Shown here: one piece after another, positions 50,628 to 60,143 of the stretch
Layout: each line of letters starts with the position of its first letter
Numbering within the stretch: the stretch's first letter is position 1
Source of the DNA: Candidatus Gottesmanbacteria bacterium
GTDB lineage: Bacteria; Patescibacteriota; Microgenomatia; UBA10105; UBA927
NCBI GenBank assembly: GCA_023245335.1
Contig: JAHFKK010000001.1
Span: 936,019 to 1,000,018 of the forward strand
Reading direction: 5' to 3'
DNA: 64,000 nt
Program-made: the position numbers and the translations under genes
The notes under the pieces: model-generated
What the model was told of the DNA's origin: nothing
The model's database searches: none
The model's input: only the letters and a program-made list of their open reading frames with translations

Positions 50628-51896
50628 TTATGTTCCCTCCTGCCAGCTGGTGAGGTAATGCTTTTGCTCTCGGGTCAGGTGATCTAACTTCACCCCCATC
50701 GCAGCAAGTTTCAGTCGTGCGATTTCGGAATCCATCTTCGGGCTTATGGTATAGACTTTGACCTTAAGATTCCCTTTATTCTTCACAAAAAATTCTGCGG
50801 CGAGCGCCTGATTCGCGAAGCTCATGTCCATGACCTCCGCCGGATGTCCTTCCGCGGCCGCCAAATTGATAAGCCTGCCTTCGCCCAGAATAAATCTGCG
50901 CGTGCCGTCCTTGAGTGTATATTCATCGACAAACGGCCGGATCCTTCGGGTGGATTTGGCTTTTTTCGCAAGTGCTGCGACAGCAATCTCTACGTCAAAA
51001 TGGCCGGAATTTGCCATGACCGCGCCATCTTTCATGCGCAGCATGTGGTCTAGAGATATGACGTTTTTGTCCCCGGTCACTGTGACAAAAATATCACCGG
51101 TTTTGAGGGCGTCCTTAAGCCGCTTGACGGAAAATCCGTCCATGACCGCTTCCAGGGCTTTAATCGGATCTACTTCGACGACAGTGACGTGCGCTCCCAT
51201 TCCTCTCGCCCGTGACGCCAGTCCCCTGCCGCACCATCCATAGCCGCACACCACAAACACTTTACCGGCGAGCAGCATATTGGTCGCCCGCATGATGCCG
51301 TCCAACGTCGACTGTCCGGTGCCGTAGCGATTATCAAACATGTGTTTGGTATTGCTGTCATTGACGGCAAAGACGGGAATTTTGAGGGCTTTATCTTTGG
51401 CCATCGCCTTAAGCCGTATGACTCCCGTCGTCGTCTCTTCATTGGATCCAATAAGTTCTTTTAACTGTCCCGGTCTTTCTTTATGAAGAAGTGAGACGAG
51501 ATCCGCTCCGTCGTCCATAGTGATCATGGGATGCGTATCAAGGACCGCATTGAGGTGTTTGTAATACGTCTTGGTGTCCTCGCCCTTTATAGCGTATGTG
51601 GGTATACCATGGTCTTTGACCAGACTGGCAGCCACATCATCCTGGGTAGAGAGCGGGTTACTGGCGCACAGAGAAATTTCTGCCCCACCGGCTTTCAAAA
51701 CAAGCATGAGGTTGGCAGTTTCTGCAGTGACATGGAGACAAACTCCAAGCCGCATACCTTTCAGGGGTTTTTCTGCAGCGAACCGTTTGCCGATACCTCG
51801 CAATACACCCATCTGATTGCCTGCCCATTCGATCCGGTTCTTCCCGAGGGCCGCCAAGGTCATATCCTTCACATCATGCGAAACAATTTTTGCCAT
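50628..51896 (-). CDS. ahcY: Adenosylhomocysteinase
   Basis: [43 protein letters not shown]. Confidence 0.97.
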   Translation of the reverse strand: MAKIVSHDVKDMTLAALGKNRIEWAGNQMGVLRGIGKRFAAEKPLKGMRLGVCLHVTAETANLMLVLKAGGAEISLCASNPLSTQDDVAASLVKDHGIPTYAIKGEDTKTYYKHLNAVLDTHPMITMDDGADLVSLLHKERPGQLKELIGSNEETTTGVIRLKAMAKDKALKIPVFAVNDSNTKHMFDNRYGTGQSTLDGIMRATNMLLAGKVFVVCGYGWCGRGLASRARGMGAHVTVVEVDPIKALEAVMDGFSVKRLKDALKTGDIFVTVTGDKNVISLDHMLRMKDGAVMANSGHFDVEIAVAALAKKAKSTRRIRPFVDEYTLKDGTRRFILGEGRLINLAAAEGHPAEVMDMSFANQALAAEFFVKNKGNLKVKVYTISPKMDSEIARLKLAAMGVKLDHLTREQKHYLTSWQEGT

Positions 51897-51927
51897 AGGT
51901 CTCCTTAAATGAATTTAAACATTGTCT

Positions 51928-51956
51928 GTTATAACAACCCAATTTCATCTAGTCAA
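51928..51956 (-). promoter_or_regulatory. sigma70-like promoter of ahcY
   Basis: TTGACT-17-TATAAC, followed by SD AAGGAG. Confidence 0.6.
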
Positions 51957-51963
51957 TAACTGA

Positions 51964-52617
51964 TTATTTTTGCAGACACGCTAATAACTCTTTAAGGGCG
52001 TTGCTTAACTTTATCATGCTGAGGTCAAGTCGCGTAGCAAAACTTGCAACCTCTTCCTTTTCAACGATATCAACAGGACTTTTTAACGCCATAAGTTTTA
52101 TGCCATTCATATAGCAAACTTGAGCGATCGACCCTAATTCCATATCGACAACCGCTGGATGAAACAGCTGATATAACCGGCCTCCTTCTTTTTGATCAGA
52201 AAGAACTTTATCGCCGGTCAAACAAATCCCTTTTTTCCAACTATGATTTCCTCGTATTGTCATAAGAGGTAACTTTATTTTTTCAACTTTGTGTATTCTC
52301 CCCAACGGATACCCTAATTTCGTCTGATCGAGATCATATTGGATGACATGTGTCGGCATAACAATGTCGCCTAAACTAACCTCTTTCATGAATCCGCCGC
52401 TTATCCCGACGTTTATAATCCACTCAGGATTATCATGATCTATAACATACTGCGTGACCGCAGCCGCGTGAACTTTGCCGATATTCGTCTGGACGAGACG
52501 GTATGAGTTTCCTACCCAATCCTTGGTAAATCCATACGATTGTAGCCTTTTGAGGTGAAGATTCTTTGCGAGAGGTTCGGTCTCAAATTCTGCTGCAGCG
52601 AGAACAATTATTTTCAT
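51964..52617 (-). CDS. mtnN: MTA/SAH nucleosidase (PNP/UDP family)
   Basis: A..E, IGKV.AA, N.G.SGG, TGD, DME...IAQVC. Confidence 0.8.
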   Translation of the reverse strand: MKIIVLAAAEFETEPLAKNLHLKRLQSYGFTKDWVGNSYRLVQTNIGKVHAAAVTQYVIDHDNPEWIINVGISGGFMKEVSLGDIVMPTHVIQYDLDQTKLGYPLGRIHKVEKIKLPLMTIRGNHSWKKGICLTGDKVLSDQKEGGRLYQLFHPAVVDMELGSIAQVCYMNGIKLMALKSPVDIVEKEEVASFATRLDLSMIKLSNALKELLACLQK

Positions 52618-52637
52618 GGAGGTATGTGTAGACTGAC

Positions 52638-53207
52638 TTACAAATTCGCGGAATCGGCAGTGAGAGGCAAATATAATTTTACTTCTCCGACGAATCCGTC
52701 TTTGTACGCGACTGCGTTGGGTATGATCCCTGCTTTTTGAAATCCCAGTTTTTCATACACGTGCAGCGCTCTCGGATTATTTTCAAAGCAGGATAACGTG
52801 AGCAATCGTAGCCCGAGAGCTTTCGCCTCGTCAATAAGCGCTTTCATAAGTTCCGTCCCTATGCCTTCATCACGATAGGCAGCTGCTAACGAAAGTCCCA
52901 GATGACCCACATGACTATGCCGATACTTACCCCGATCTGCCCGACCATTACCAGCAAAGGCGCCGTTTACAAATACCGAAATATTGACTGACTCATTTTT
53001 CTCGATACGGTCCAACATCTCGTCAAACCACTTACGTTCCTCTTCTTCTGTCGGAGCAGTTCCCGCAAGTTCTATAAACGTGTCTTCTGACACTAAATCA
53101 CAAGCGAAATTCCATACGCCGGTGAAATCATCCTTCGTCGGGTAACGAAAAACGACATCGTTCCCTTTTTTACTTTTGAATTGTCGCACGACCTTGCCTT
53201 GTTCCAT
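52638..53207 (-). CDS. GNAT-family N-acetyltransferase
   Basis: YRDEGIGT, N..A..VYEKLGF. Confidence 0.92.
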   Translation of the reverse strand: MEQGKVVRQFKSKKGNDVVFRYPTKDDFTGVWNFACDLVSEDTFIELAGTAPTEEEERKWFDEMLDRIEKNESVNISVFVNGAFAGNGRADRGKYRHSHVGHLGLSLAAAYRDEGIGTELMKALIDEAKALGLRLLTLSCFENNPRALHVYEKLGFQKAGIIPNAVAYKDGFVGEVKLYLPLTADSANL

Positions 53208-53242
53208 ATGGTAATGTGTTAACACGCTAATATCTTTCGTGA

Positions 53243-54190
53243 CTACAATTGCGGGCGTTCATCATACGTATCTTTGTATCTTTTCACGAATTCCTTAACA
53301 GTATAGTGATGCGTCACCGTACCGTACTTCTCGACCGTGTATACTGCGGCGACCGCGCCCATCTGGCCGCACGCCTCAAGCGGCAAGCCGCGGACATATC
53401 CGGCAATAAATCCGCCCCGATAGGCGTCACCCGCACCCGTAGGGTCGCTCACCCTTTTGGCTTTGGCAGGCTTCACGTGGATCGCTTCATGTCGGGTCTC
53501 GATAATCGACCCTTTGGCTCCGAGTGTCGTCACCACAGCCTTGGGGCCCATGACGAGTAAGTCTTCGTGCGTGACATCCAGCTTATCCGCAATAAGATCG
53601 ATTTCATAATCATTGCCGATGAGTATCTCCGCGCCCGTTATTCCTTCCCGCAACTCACTAGCTGTAAACGTACCGATCTGAAAGGCCGGATCGTAAAGGT
53701 ACGGGCACGCGAGCTTCTGACATTCCCGCACAAAGTTCTTCATGGCGGTCGGATCCTGCGGTGAAATGACCGCAAACGCCGGATGAACGTCGCTTTTCGT
53801 GACGGAAAGTGATGACGCAAATTTCTGCGCACCGACATAAAACGAACCGATCTGGTTATCGTCCGTATCGGTGACGACGAAATAACAACTGGTCGGCTCT
53901 TTCTCAAACACGGATATGTGCGACACACTGATGGCATGCTTTTTGAGAAACGCCGCATAGGGGGCAAAGTCATTGCCGGCAACGGAGAGAATATCCGGCT
54001 CTACTTCTAGAAGCTTCAGGGAATACGCGATATTGCCGGCTGTGCCGCCGAACTGTTTACTTAAGCGGTCCGCAAGAAAGGAAAGGGATATTTTGTGGAT
54101 ATTATCCGGCATGATCCGGTCTGAAAATCGCCCGGAAAAATCCATGATGTAATCAAACCCAAGAGAACCGGTGACCAAAACGTGCTTCAC
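53243..54190 (-). CDS. PfkB-family kinase (adenosine kinase-like)
   Basis: GSL..D.IM.F, FGGTAGNIAY, DPTGAGDAYRGG. Confidence 0.9.
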   Translation of the reverse strand: MKHVLVTGSLGFDYIMDFSGRFSDRIMPDNIHKISLSFLADRLSKQFGGTAGNIAYSLKLLEVEPDILSVAGNDFAPYAAFLKKHAISVSHISVFEKEPTSCYFVVTDTDDNQIGSFYVGAQKFASSLSVTKSDVHPAFAVISPQDPTAMKNFVRECQKLACPYLYDPAFQIGTFTASELREGITGAEILIGNDYEIDLIADKLDVTHEDLLVMGPKAVVTTLGAKGSIIETRHEAIHVKPAKAKRVSDPTGAGDAYRGGFIAGYVRGLPLEACGQMGAVAAVYTVEKYGTVTHHYTVKEFVKRYKDTYDERPQL

Positions 54191-54191
54191 G

Positions 54192-54458
54192 TTATTGTTG
54201 GAAATTTTTGGATAGCTCGGCGAGTTTCATCGCAGCCGCTTGTTGGGATTTTTTGATAGCTTCGTTTAATCCCTCACGCATATTTTCGTTGGGTACGCCA
54301 TCAATCTCCACCACTTTGACATTCTGATTACCCGTAAGGACGATCCGGACATTTCCTTTGACCACTTCGAATTCCTCCTGCTCAAGGGCGGCTTGGATCT
54401 GCATCGCCTGCTTTCGCATCGCATTGACATCACCTAACGCTTTAAATGGATTAAACAT
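54192..54458 (-). CDS. YbaB/EbfC nucleoid-associated protein
   Basis: Size, helix-beta-helix pattern and position after dnaX. Confidence 0.85.
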   Translation of the reverse strand: MFNPFKALGDVNAMRKQAMQIQAALEQEEFEVVKGNVRIVLTGNQNVKVVEIDGVPNENMREGLNEAIKKSQQAAAMKLAELSKNFQQ

Positions 54459-54472
54459 ACAATATCCTTTCT

Positions 54473-54538
54473 GTCATTGCGATAAACGTTCGTTTTGAAG
54501 CAATCCCGATGGAATCGCCGCACTTCGTTCGCGATGAC
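54473..54538. repeat. REP-like palindromic element, copy 1
   Basis: GTCATTGCGA...GAAGCAATCCC...TCGCGATGAC; related to the copy at 62458. Confidence 0.7.
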
Positions 54539-54541
54539 GGA

Positions 54542-55957
54542 TCATTTCTTTCCTAATACTATCTCAATTTTTACCTTTTCGCCAAATAATTTTTTGAGGA
54601 CATCCCCGAGCACTTGTTTCGTGTGCACTTCTGCAAGTTTTTCCTGATGAAACTTATAGAACGCTTCGATGGTTACTATACCACCTTCCACTGCCTTGGG
54701 TCTAGAGGAACGGAGGACTCCTGCGACCGAGTGGTTATAGGGCTTGGTCGCGACGATAAAATCAGGCCAATGCTCAACGAGCTTCTCAAACGTCAATAAT
54801 CCCAAAGACGGAACGGGCGGATCTCCTCCCGCAACGGCCGGAGGAGCAGAATGAACGACCGGTGCGGGATCCGGCGCTTTCTCTTTGACTACCGGCTTGG
54901 GCTCGACCGGCGGATCCTCCACTATCACCACTCGTTCGGTACAAAACTCTATGATTGCAACTGTTACCGGAAGTTTCGGGACGGGGCTTAAACGCAGTTC
55001 GGTATATGCCCTCATGAAAACGCTGATGGCGTGATTTGCTTCCGAGGATGTCCACCCGGCCTCTTCCGATCCTGTCGCTGCGGCAACTAGTTTCTGTTCC
55101 AAGTCTCCTAAAATATCAACGAGGAACGCTTTCATGTCACGCCCGTCATCCTGCATTGTATCGACGTCGTGGAGTGCGGCTTTCGTATCATGAGTAAGAA
55201 GGTGGGATAAAAACGCCCCTCGCTCGGTCGCGTCCGAGAGGGATAATGTCTTCCCGACCGTAGCTGACGTAATATCCCCTTTGGTGAAGCTCACCTGCTC
55301 GAGGTATTTCACGGCATCCCGAAAGGATCCATCGGCATTTTTTGCGATACGCGAAAGAGCTTCCGCATCGATCGTGATCTTCTCCGCTTTTGCTATACGC
55401 GAAAGCGCATGGAGTAATTCCTCCGATGTCGCTTTGCCGAATGATATGATCATGCACCGGGATTGTATGGTCGATGGCACTTTCTCGCGATCCGTGGTCG
55501 CTAAGACAAACACGGCGTGCGCGGGGGGCTCTTCGAGCGTTTTCAGGAGTGCGTTAAATGCTTCGGTCGTCAGCATGTGAACCTCGTCTATGATATACAC
55601 GGTGTATGGAGAAGATACGGGCGTAAATCCGATGCGGTCCCGAAGCTGACGGATTTCATCAATGCCGCGGTTACTCGCTGCATCCATCTCTATGACGTCA
55701 AGACTCGTGCCGCTTGCGACCGCCCGACACTGTTCGCAATTTCCGCATGGACCGTGCTTCGTCGGCTTCTCGCAGTTAAAAAGTTTTGCGATTACTCTCG
55801 CGGCTGTCGTCTTCCCCGCCCCCTTGGGGCCGGTAAAAAGATATGCATGAGGTAGTTCTTTTTTTTCTTTGTGGAGAAGCGCGAGTAATTGCTCTCGAAC
55901 GACGGCGTTATCTATATCTTCGATAACCTGCGGGCGATACGTGCGGTAAAAGGACAT
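54542..55957 (-). CDS. dnaX: DNA polymerase III subunit gamma/tau
   Basis: YRP, GPKGAGKTT, DAASNRG, IDEVHML, NALLKTLEEPP, SRC. Confidence 0.97.
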   Translation of the reverse strand: MSFYRTYRPQVIEDIDNAVVREQLLALLHKEKKELPHAYLFTGPKGAGKTTAARVIAKLFNCEKPTKHGPCGNCEQCRAVASGTSLDVIEMDAASNRGIDEIRQLRDRIGFTPVSSPYTVYIIDEVHMLTTEAFNALLKTLEEPPAHAVFVLATTDREKVPSTIQSRCMIISFGKATSEELLHALSRIAKAEKITIDAEALSRIAKNADGSFRDAVKYLEQVSFTKGDITSATVGKTLSLSDATERGAFLSHLLTHDTKAALHDVDTMQDDGRDMKAFLVDILGDLEQKLVAAATGSEEAGWTSSEANHAISVFMRAYTELRLSPVPKLPVTVAIIEFCTERVVIVEDPPVEPKPVVKEKAPDPAPVVHSAPPAVAGGDPPVPSLGLLTFEKLVEHWPDFIVATKPYNHSVAGVLRSSRPKAVEGGIVTIEAFYKFHQEKLAEVHTKQVLGDVLKKLFGEKVKIEIVLGKK

Positions 55958-56006
55958 AGGCCAATCTTAAATCGAAAATGCTAAAACGAAAAGCTATCAA
56001 TTTATA

Positions 56007-56402
56007 TTATTCCGGATGATGGATCCCCAAGAGATGATTAATCCCGTGCTCAATAAGCTCAATGATTTTGTCATCGACGAGTTTATTCTCATCTGTCGCC
56101 TCCAGTACCGCCTGCGGGTAAGACACGACGACGTCGCCTAAGCGGAGTATCCCATCAGGCACCTCTACGAACGGAGCTGCGGGCTGAGAAGGATCGTTCT
56201 GGGGAAATGATAAAACATCGGTCGTCGCGTCTAGTTTACGATAGGTGAGATTTAATTCCTGCATCCTCCGGTCTCCGACAATCGAAATACTAACCTCAGT
56301 CTTACTCTTCACGCGCGTGGAAAGATAGGAAATAACTGCATCTTTGATTTTTTGAGTGGTGACCGGAAAGTGGGATTCTGTGTGAAATAAAACGGTGATC
56401 AT
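56007..56402 (-). CDS. ybeY: Endoribonuclease YbeY
   Basis: LN..YR...TTDVLSFP, HGINHLLGIHH. Confidence 0.95.
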   Translation of the reverse strand: MITVLFHTESHFPVTTQKIKDAVISYLSTRVKSKTEVSISIVGDRRMQELNLTYRKLDATTDVLSFPQNDPSQPAAPFVEVPDGILRLGDVVVSYPQAVLEATDENKLVDDKIIELIEHGINHLLGIHHPE

Positions 56403-56404
56403 TC

Positions 56405-56857
56405 TTATTGAGTTTTGGCAGTCATGAGTGACTTCAGTATTCCTGACACGCGCCCTCCATCGGCTTGGTCCTTCACGGCGGCCATCGCTTTACCCATCAT
56501 GGGACCGAACTCGCCGCCCCCGGCTACTACAGGCGCAAGTATTGCTTTAAGTTTCTCATCAGAAAGTTGTTTGGGTACGTACGACTCCAGAATCGTAAGC
56601 TGTGCCTTTTCTTTAGCGGCAAGTTCTGTACGCCCGACCTTCTCAAATGCCTCAACGGATTCTTTGTGGGTTTTGACCTGTTTTTTGATGACGTCTAAGA
56701 CATCCGCATCGGTGACTTTTGTATCCGCATCGATACCGTATTTGGCAATCGCTACGTTTTTAACTGCAGAAATGAGAAACCGCAACGTATCGACGGTCAT
56801 GGCGTCATGCCGTTTCATCGCGTCAGTGACGGTTTGCTGTAGCATTTGAAGCATCAT
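56405..56857 (-). CDS. GatB/YqeY-domain protein
   Basis: AMK, LR, ES...F...GR, G..MG..M...ADG. Confidence 0.92.
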   Translation of the reverse strand: MMLQMLQQTVTDAMKRHDAMTVDTLRFLISAVKNVAIAKYGIDADTKVTDADVLDVIKKQVKTHKESVEAFEKVGRTELAAKEKAQLTILESYVPKQLSDEKLKAILAPVVAGGGEFGPMMGKAMAAVKDQADGGRVSGILKSLMTAKTQ

Positions 56858-56863
56858 AAAGCG

Positions 56864-57064
56864 TTATGAGTTATTACGCATTTTTCGTGCGTGACGCAAT
56901 CTGCGTTTCAATTCTTTTTTCTGCTCTTTGCGCCTCTCGGCGGGTTTGACGTAAAATTCACGCTTTTTGAGGTCCTGTAAAATTCCCTCGTTGAGAACTT
57001 TGCGCATAAATTTACGGATAAGTGCATCTGATGTATCTCCTGGTTGTGCTTTGACGAATACCAT
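56864..57064 (-). CDS. rpsU: 30S ribosomal protein bS21
   Basis: IRKF.RKV...GIL...KKREFYVKP; rpsU-yqeY gene order. Confidence 0.92.
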   Translation of the reverse strand: MVFVKAQPGDTSDALIRKFMRKVLNEGILQDLKKREFYVKPAERRKEQKKELKRRLRHARKMRNNS

Positions 57065-57073
57065 AAATGAAAA

Positions 57074-57203
57074 AACACCGCCTTTCTTAGAAAGAGTTTC
57101 CCGATATACAATCGGGATTACTCTTTCTTAGACCCGCCGCTCAACCGCTCTTTGTGCCGTCTACGAATAGTAGTGAAAAGGCACAAAGTAAGGTTAGGCG
57201 GGT
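57074..57203 (-). ncRNA. Structured leader upstream of rpsU (two long hairpins)
   Basis: Hairpins at 57132-57203 and 57089-57128. Confidence 0.5.
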
Positions 57204-57206
57204 AAT

Positions 57207-57620
57207 CTATCTCATCTTTTCTTTGATCTTTTCTGCTATCCCGGCGAAATCTTTATTCGTGAGTTTTCTTGCCGGAAGTGACTGTATTATACCACCTCCA
57301 TCGCCCTCATAGCGAGGCAGAATATGGACGTGAAGGTGCTTCACCCCCTGCGGCTCCCCGTGGTTAATACCGATGGAAAGAATCTTTGTCTTATAGGCTT
57401 TTTCGGCGGCGGCGGCGACCTTTTGGACGCTTCTCATAAGCAGCCCCAGTTCTTTCGGCGTATAGTCCAGTATCGTCTCACCGTGCTTTTTGAGGATAAC
57501 CATGGTGTGTCCGTCGGTTGCTCCGAATATGTCTAAGAATGCCCTGGTGTCCGCATCCTCATAGACCGTGTAAGAAGGAATTTCATTGGCAACCAATTTA
57601 CAAAATATGCAGTCGCTCAT
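57207..57620 (-). CDS. HIT-family nucleotide hydrolase
   Basis: CIFC, AFLDI, HLHVH. Confidence 0.94.
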   Translation of the reverse strand: MSDCIFCKLVANEIPSYTVYEDADTRAFLDIFGATDGHTMVILKKHGETILDYTPKELGLLMRSVQKVAAAAEKAYKTKILSIGINHGEPQGVKHLHVHILPRYEGDGGGIIQSLPARKLTNKDFAGIAEKIKEKMR

Positions 57621-58447
57621 ACGCATACCTCCTTTATGACATCGACGATTTCCGAAAGGTTACGTTTCGATGGTTTCATATCGGGATTTTTGGCACTGCC
57701 GTTTAGAATCATGTGACGTGAGGCATGGAGGAACCACGTGGCGTACGGTTCGTCCTTTTTCAGTCGCTCATATAATTTGGTGAGATCAATCTCTTCTTTG
57801 GGAAGCGTTTTAATCCGAAGATATCCTTTCTTAGGATCCTTCCGGATGACGAGTGCAAATCCCCGCTTCTGTGCCTGATGAATGACTTCATCGTTGACCG
57901 TTTCAAATGCCGCGCCTTTCCCCCACTTGGTTTCAAAGACCGCCGCGTTTTCCAATTCTTTCTCCGCCCAAATCTTATTGAGCATGACTTTATATATGCC
58001 ATCCAGAGACTGGAATCCGAGTTCCATAATCTTCACCGGATTATCGGAAAACAAAAGCCGCCAGCCGTCGATCTGGGCGACCATACCGAAGTCCCAAAAG
58101 TCCGCTGCCGGATTCGGGAAAAATACTTCCCGGAAGTGATCGATTTCATTGACGACCGCGATCATCCGCTCAAGTGCAGGATCCGGGCCATGCATACGTT
58201 TGGCTTCCTCATACACAAGCATAGAGGCACAGGTGTCCGCATCCGACTGATGATGGTCGAATTTCCCGAAGCCCGTATCGGTATGCAGGATTTCCGGGTC
58301 GCTGTCGGGATCCATTTTATTGAGTGTCGTCCCCGCCGGCACAAATGCAAGCATCGCCTCCTCCCATCCCGGCCAAAACGTCTTCACGATCCAGGCACTG
58401 GTTATCGCATCAAGATCCGGACCGATATGGACGACTATAGTTTTCAT
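57617..58447 (-). CDS. DHH/MYG1-like phosphoesterase
   Basis: H..PDLDA, DTG.G.FDHHQ. Confidence 0.65.
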   Translation of the reverse strand: MKTIVVHIGPDLDAITSAWIVKTFWPGWEEAMLAFVPAGTTLNKMDPDSDPEILHTDTGFGKFDHHQSDADTCASMLVYEEAKRMHGPDPALERMIAVVNEIDHFREVFFPNPAADFWDFGMVAQIDGWRLLFSDNPVKIMELGFQSLDGIYKVMLNKIWAEKELENAAVFETKWGKGAAFETVNDEVIHQAQKRGFALVIRKDPKKGYLRIKTLPKEEIDLTKLYERLKKDEPYATWFLHASRHMILNGSAKNPDMKPSKRNLSEIVDVIKEVCV

Positions 58448-58525
58448 ACCATGTAGTATACCATGTGAAAAAGCGACTGAGTGATATTCTCAGAAAGAAA
58501 TCAATGAGGATCAACCTACGCCGAA

Positions 58526-58816
58526 TCAAGGAAGCTTATTCGTTAACTCATCCAGTTTTGTAAGGACTTCCCATGCATGAACCTGGATAGCCTCCTTCGA
58601 GGTATTTCGCTTCGCACTTAAATTTGCACGCCTGCCTCTCATCAACGCCTGTCCGAAGTTCCCCCATGATCGGTCTACCTGTACCCCGACGGATTTCAGA
58701 TCTAGACCCTCTGCCCTCGACACATCAACCTTTGCACTCCCAACCACTACAAGAACTGCTCTTGTATGATCCGGAAACGGTAATTTCTTCAAAACTTCCA
58801 GTGCGCTTTGAGCCAT
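58526..58816 (-). CDS. Hypothetical protein
   Basis: SD AAAGGA before ATG; 96-aa ORF. Confidence 0.5.
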   Translation of the reverse strand: MAQSALEVLKKLPFPDHTRAVLVVVGSAKVDVSRAEGLDLKSVGVQVDRSWGNFGQALMRGRRANLSAKRNTSKEAIQVHAWEVLTKLDELTNKLP

Positions 58817-58901
58817 AGATATCCTTTCGGGGCAGAATGACGACTACAATTGGCATCTTTATAACTCCCCGTAAGAAAAAAGTCAATAAAATATAGGTCT
58901 G

Positions 58902-60134
58902 CTATGTCCCTGTCAATGTAGACATCACCGCTTGTAAAGGAATCAGCTTCGCCTCTTTCTCACTGCGTTTCTTCAGCTCAATCTGATCTCCCGTCTTGGC
59001 AGAGACGACAAGTCGAAGCGGTATACCGATGAGATCCGCATCGCCAAATTTGACCCCTGCCGATACTTTTCTATCATCCCAAAGCACTTCAACATGATTT
59101 TTTTGCAGTGTTTCATAGAGAACGTGTGCTTTTTCCTCCCCGCCGGGCAAGGAAACGAGATGTACCGCAAACGGCGCAATCTGCGGAAACCAAACAATAC
59201 CCCGGTCATCATGGGAGACCTCTACGGCGGTCCCCATGACGCGCGTCGGTCCGATGCCGTAACTGCCGAACCATACCGGTTTTTTCTGTCCCGTTTCGTC
59301 GGTAAAACTGACTTTCATTTTTTCGGCGTACCACTTTCCCAATGGAAAAATGTTACCGACTTCGATAGATTTGCCTGTACGGATATCCTTTTTCCCGCAC
59401 AAAGGACACGTATCTATTTTTTCGTCCATCAATTCTTTATTGACTCCCCAATCACAGGTACCGCAATAAAATATAGTGTCTTCACCGCCGTCTGAAAGCA
59501 CCTGAAACTCATGCGTGTGTTTATCGGTAAATACTCCGCCGCTTGCTTCTGTAACCCTAATCTCAAATCCCAATCGCTTAAAGATCTTTTTATATGCTTC
59601 TTTCACCTTTTCGTAGTATTCCATGAGATCTTCTTCCGATACGTGTGCGCTATAAAGATCTTTCATCATAAATTCCCGTCCTCGCAGGATTCCGCTTCTC
59701 GCGCGAGGTTCGTTACGGAACTTTGTCGAAAAATGATATACGGCGACGGGCAAATCCTGATAACTTTGGATATGCTTTCGCAGCAAATCCATAACGATCT
59801 CCTCATGAGTAAAAGATAACGCATACTCGTGTTCACGCGAGTCTTTCAGTTTATACAAAATTTCTGCTGCTTTATCCCACCTACCGGTTTCATTCCAAAT
59901 TTCCTTCGGATGCAGAAGCGGCATGAGCATCTCCTGTCCGCCTATGGCGTTCATTTCTTCGCGGATTATCTCGTTAATCTTGGTAACCACGCGAAATCCA
60001 AGCGGCAGAAGCGTCCAACTCCCCGCCATGAGTTGATCCACAAACCCTGCACGTACCAAGAGTTGATGGTTGACGCTCTCTGCGCCGGTTGGCGCAGTTT
60101 TTTTCGTTTTTGGAAATACATTCGAATACTTCAT
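58902..60134 (-). CDS. proS: Proline--tRNA ligase (short form, no full editing domain)
   Basis: LLVRAG, THEE, KFRNE.R...G.LRGREF.MKD.YS, IEVGNIF.LG, SYGIG..R. Confidence 0.96.
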   Translation of the reverse strand: MKYSNVFPKTKKTAPTGAESVNHQLLVRAGFVDQLMAGSWTLLPLGFRVVTKINEIIREEMNAIGGQEMLMPLLHPKEIWNETGRWDKAAEILYKLKDSREHEYALSFTHEEIVMDLLRKHIQSYQDLPVAVYHFSTKFRNEPRARSGILRGREFMMKDLYSAHVSEEDLMEYYEKVKEAYKKIFKRLGFEIRVTEASGGVFTDKHTHEFQVLSDGGEDTIFYCGTCDWGVNKELMDEKIDTCPLCGKKDIRTGKSIEVGNIFPLGKWYAEKMKVSFTDETGQKKPVWFGSYGIGPTRVMGTAVEVSHDDRGIVWFPQIAPFAVHLVSLPGGEEKAHVLYETLQKNHVEVLWDDRKVSAGVKFGDADLIGIPLRLVVSAKTGDQIELKKRSEKEAKLIPLQAVMSTLTGT

Positions 60135-60143
60135 ATACCCTCC

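Noticed and set aside
51897-51963. SAH or SAM riboswitch ahead of ahcY
   Set aside because: The spacer is short and AT-rich and is accounted for by the promoter and SD; no aptamer motifs seen.
55858-55870. A8G run in dnaX as the gamma/tau frameshift site
   Set aside because: It lies at about codon 30, far upstream of where a gamma-producing shift would be meaningful; it simply encodes KEKK.
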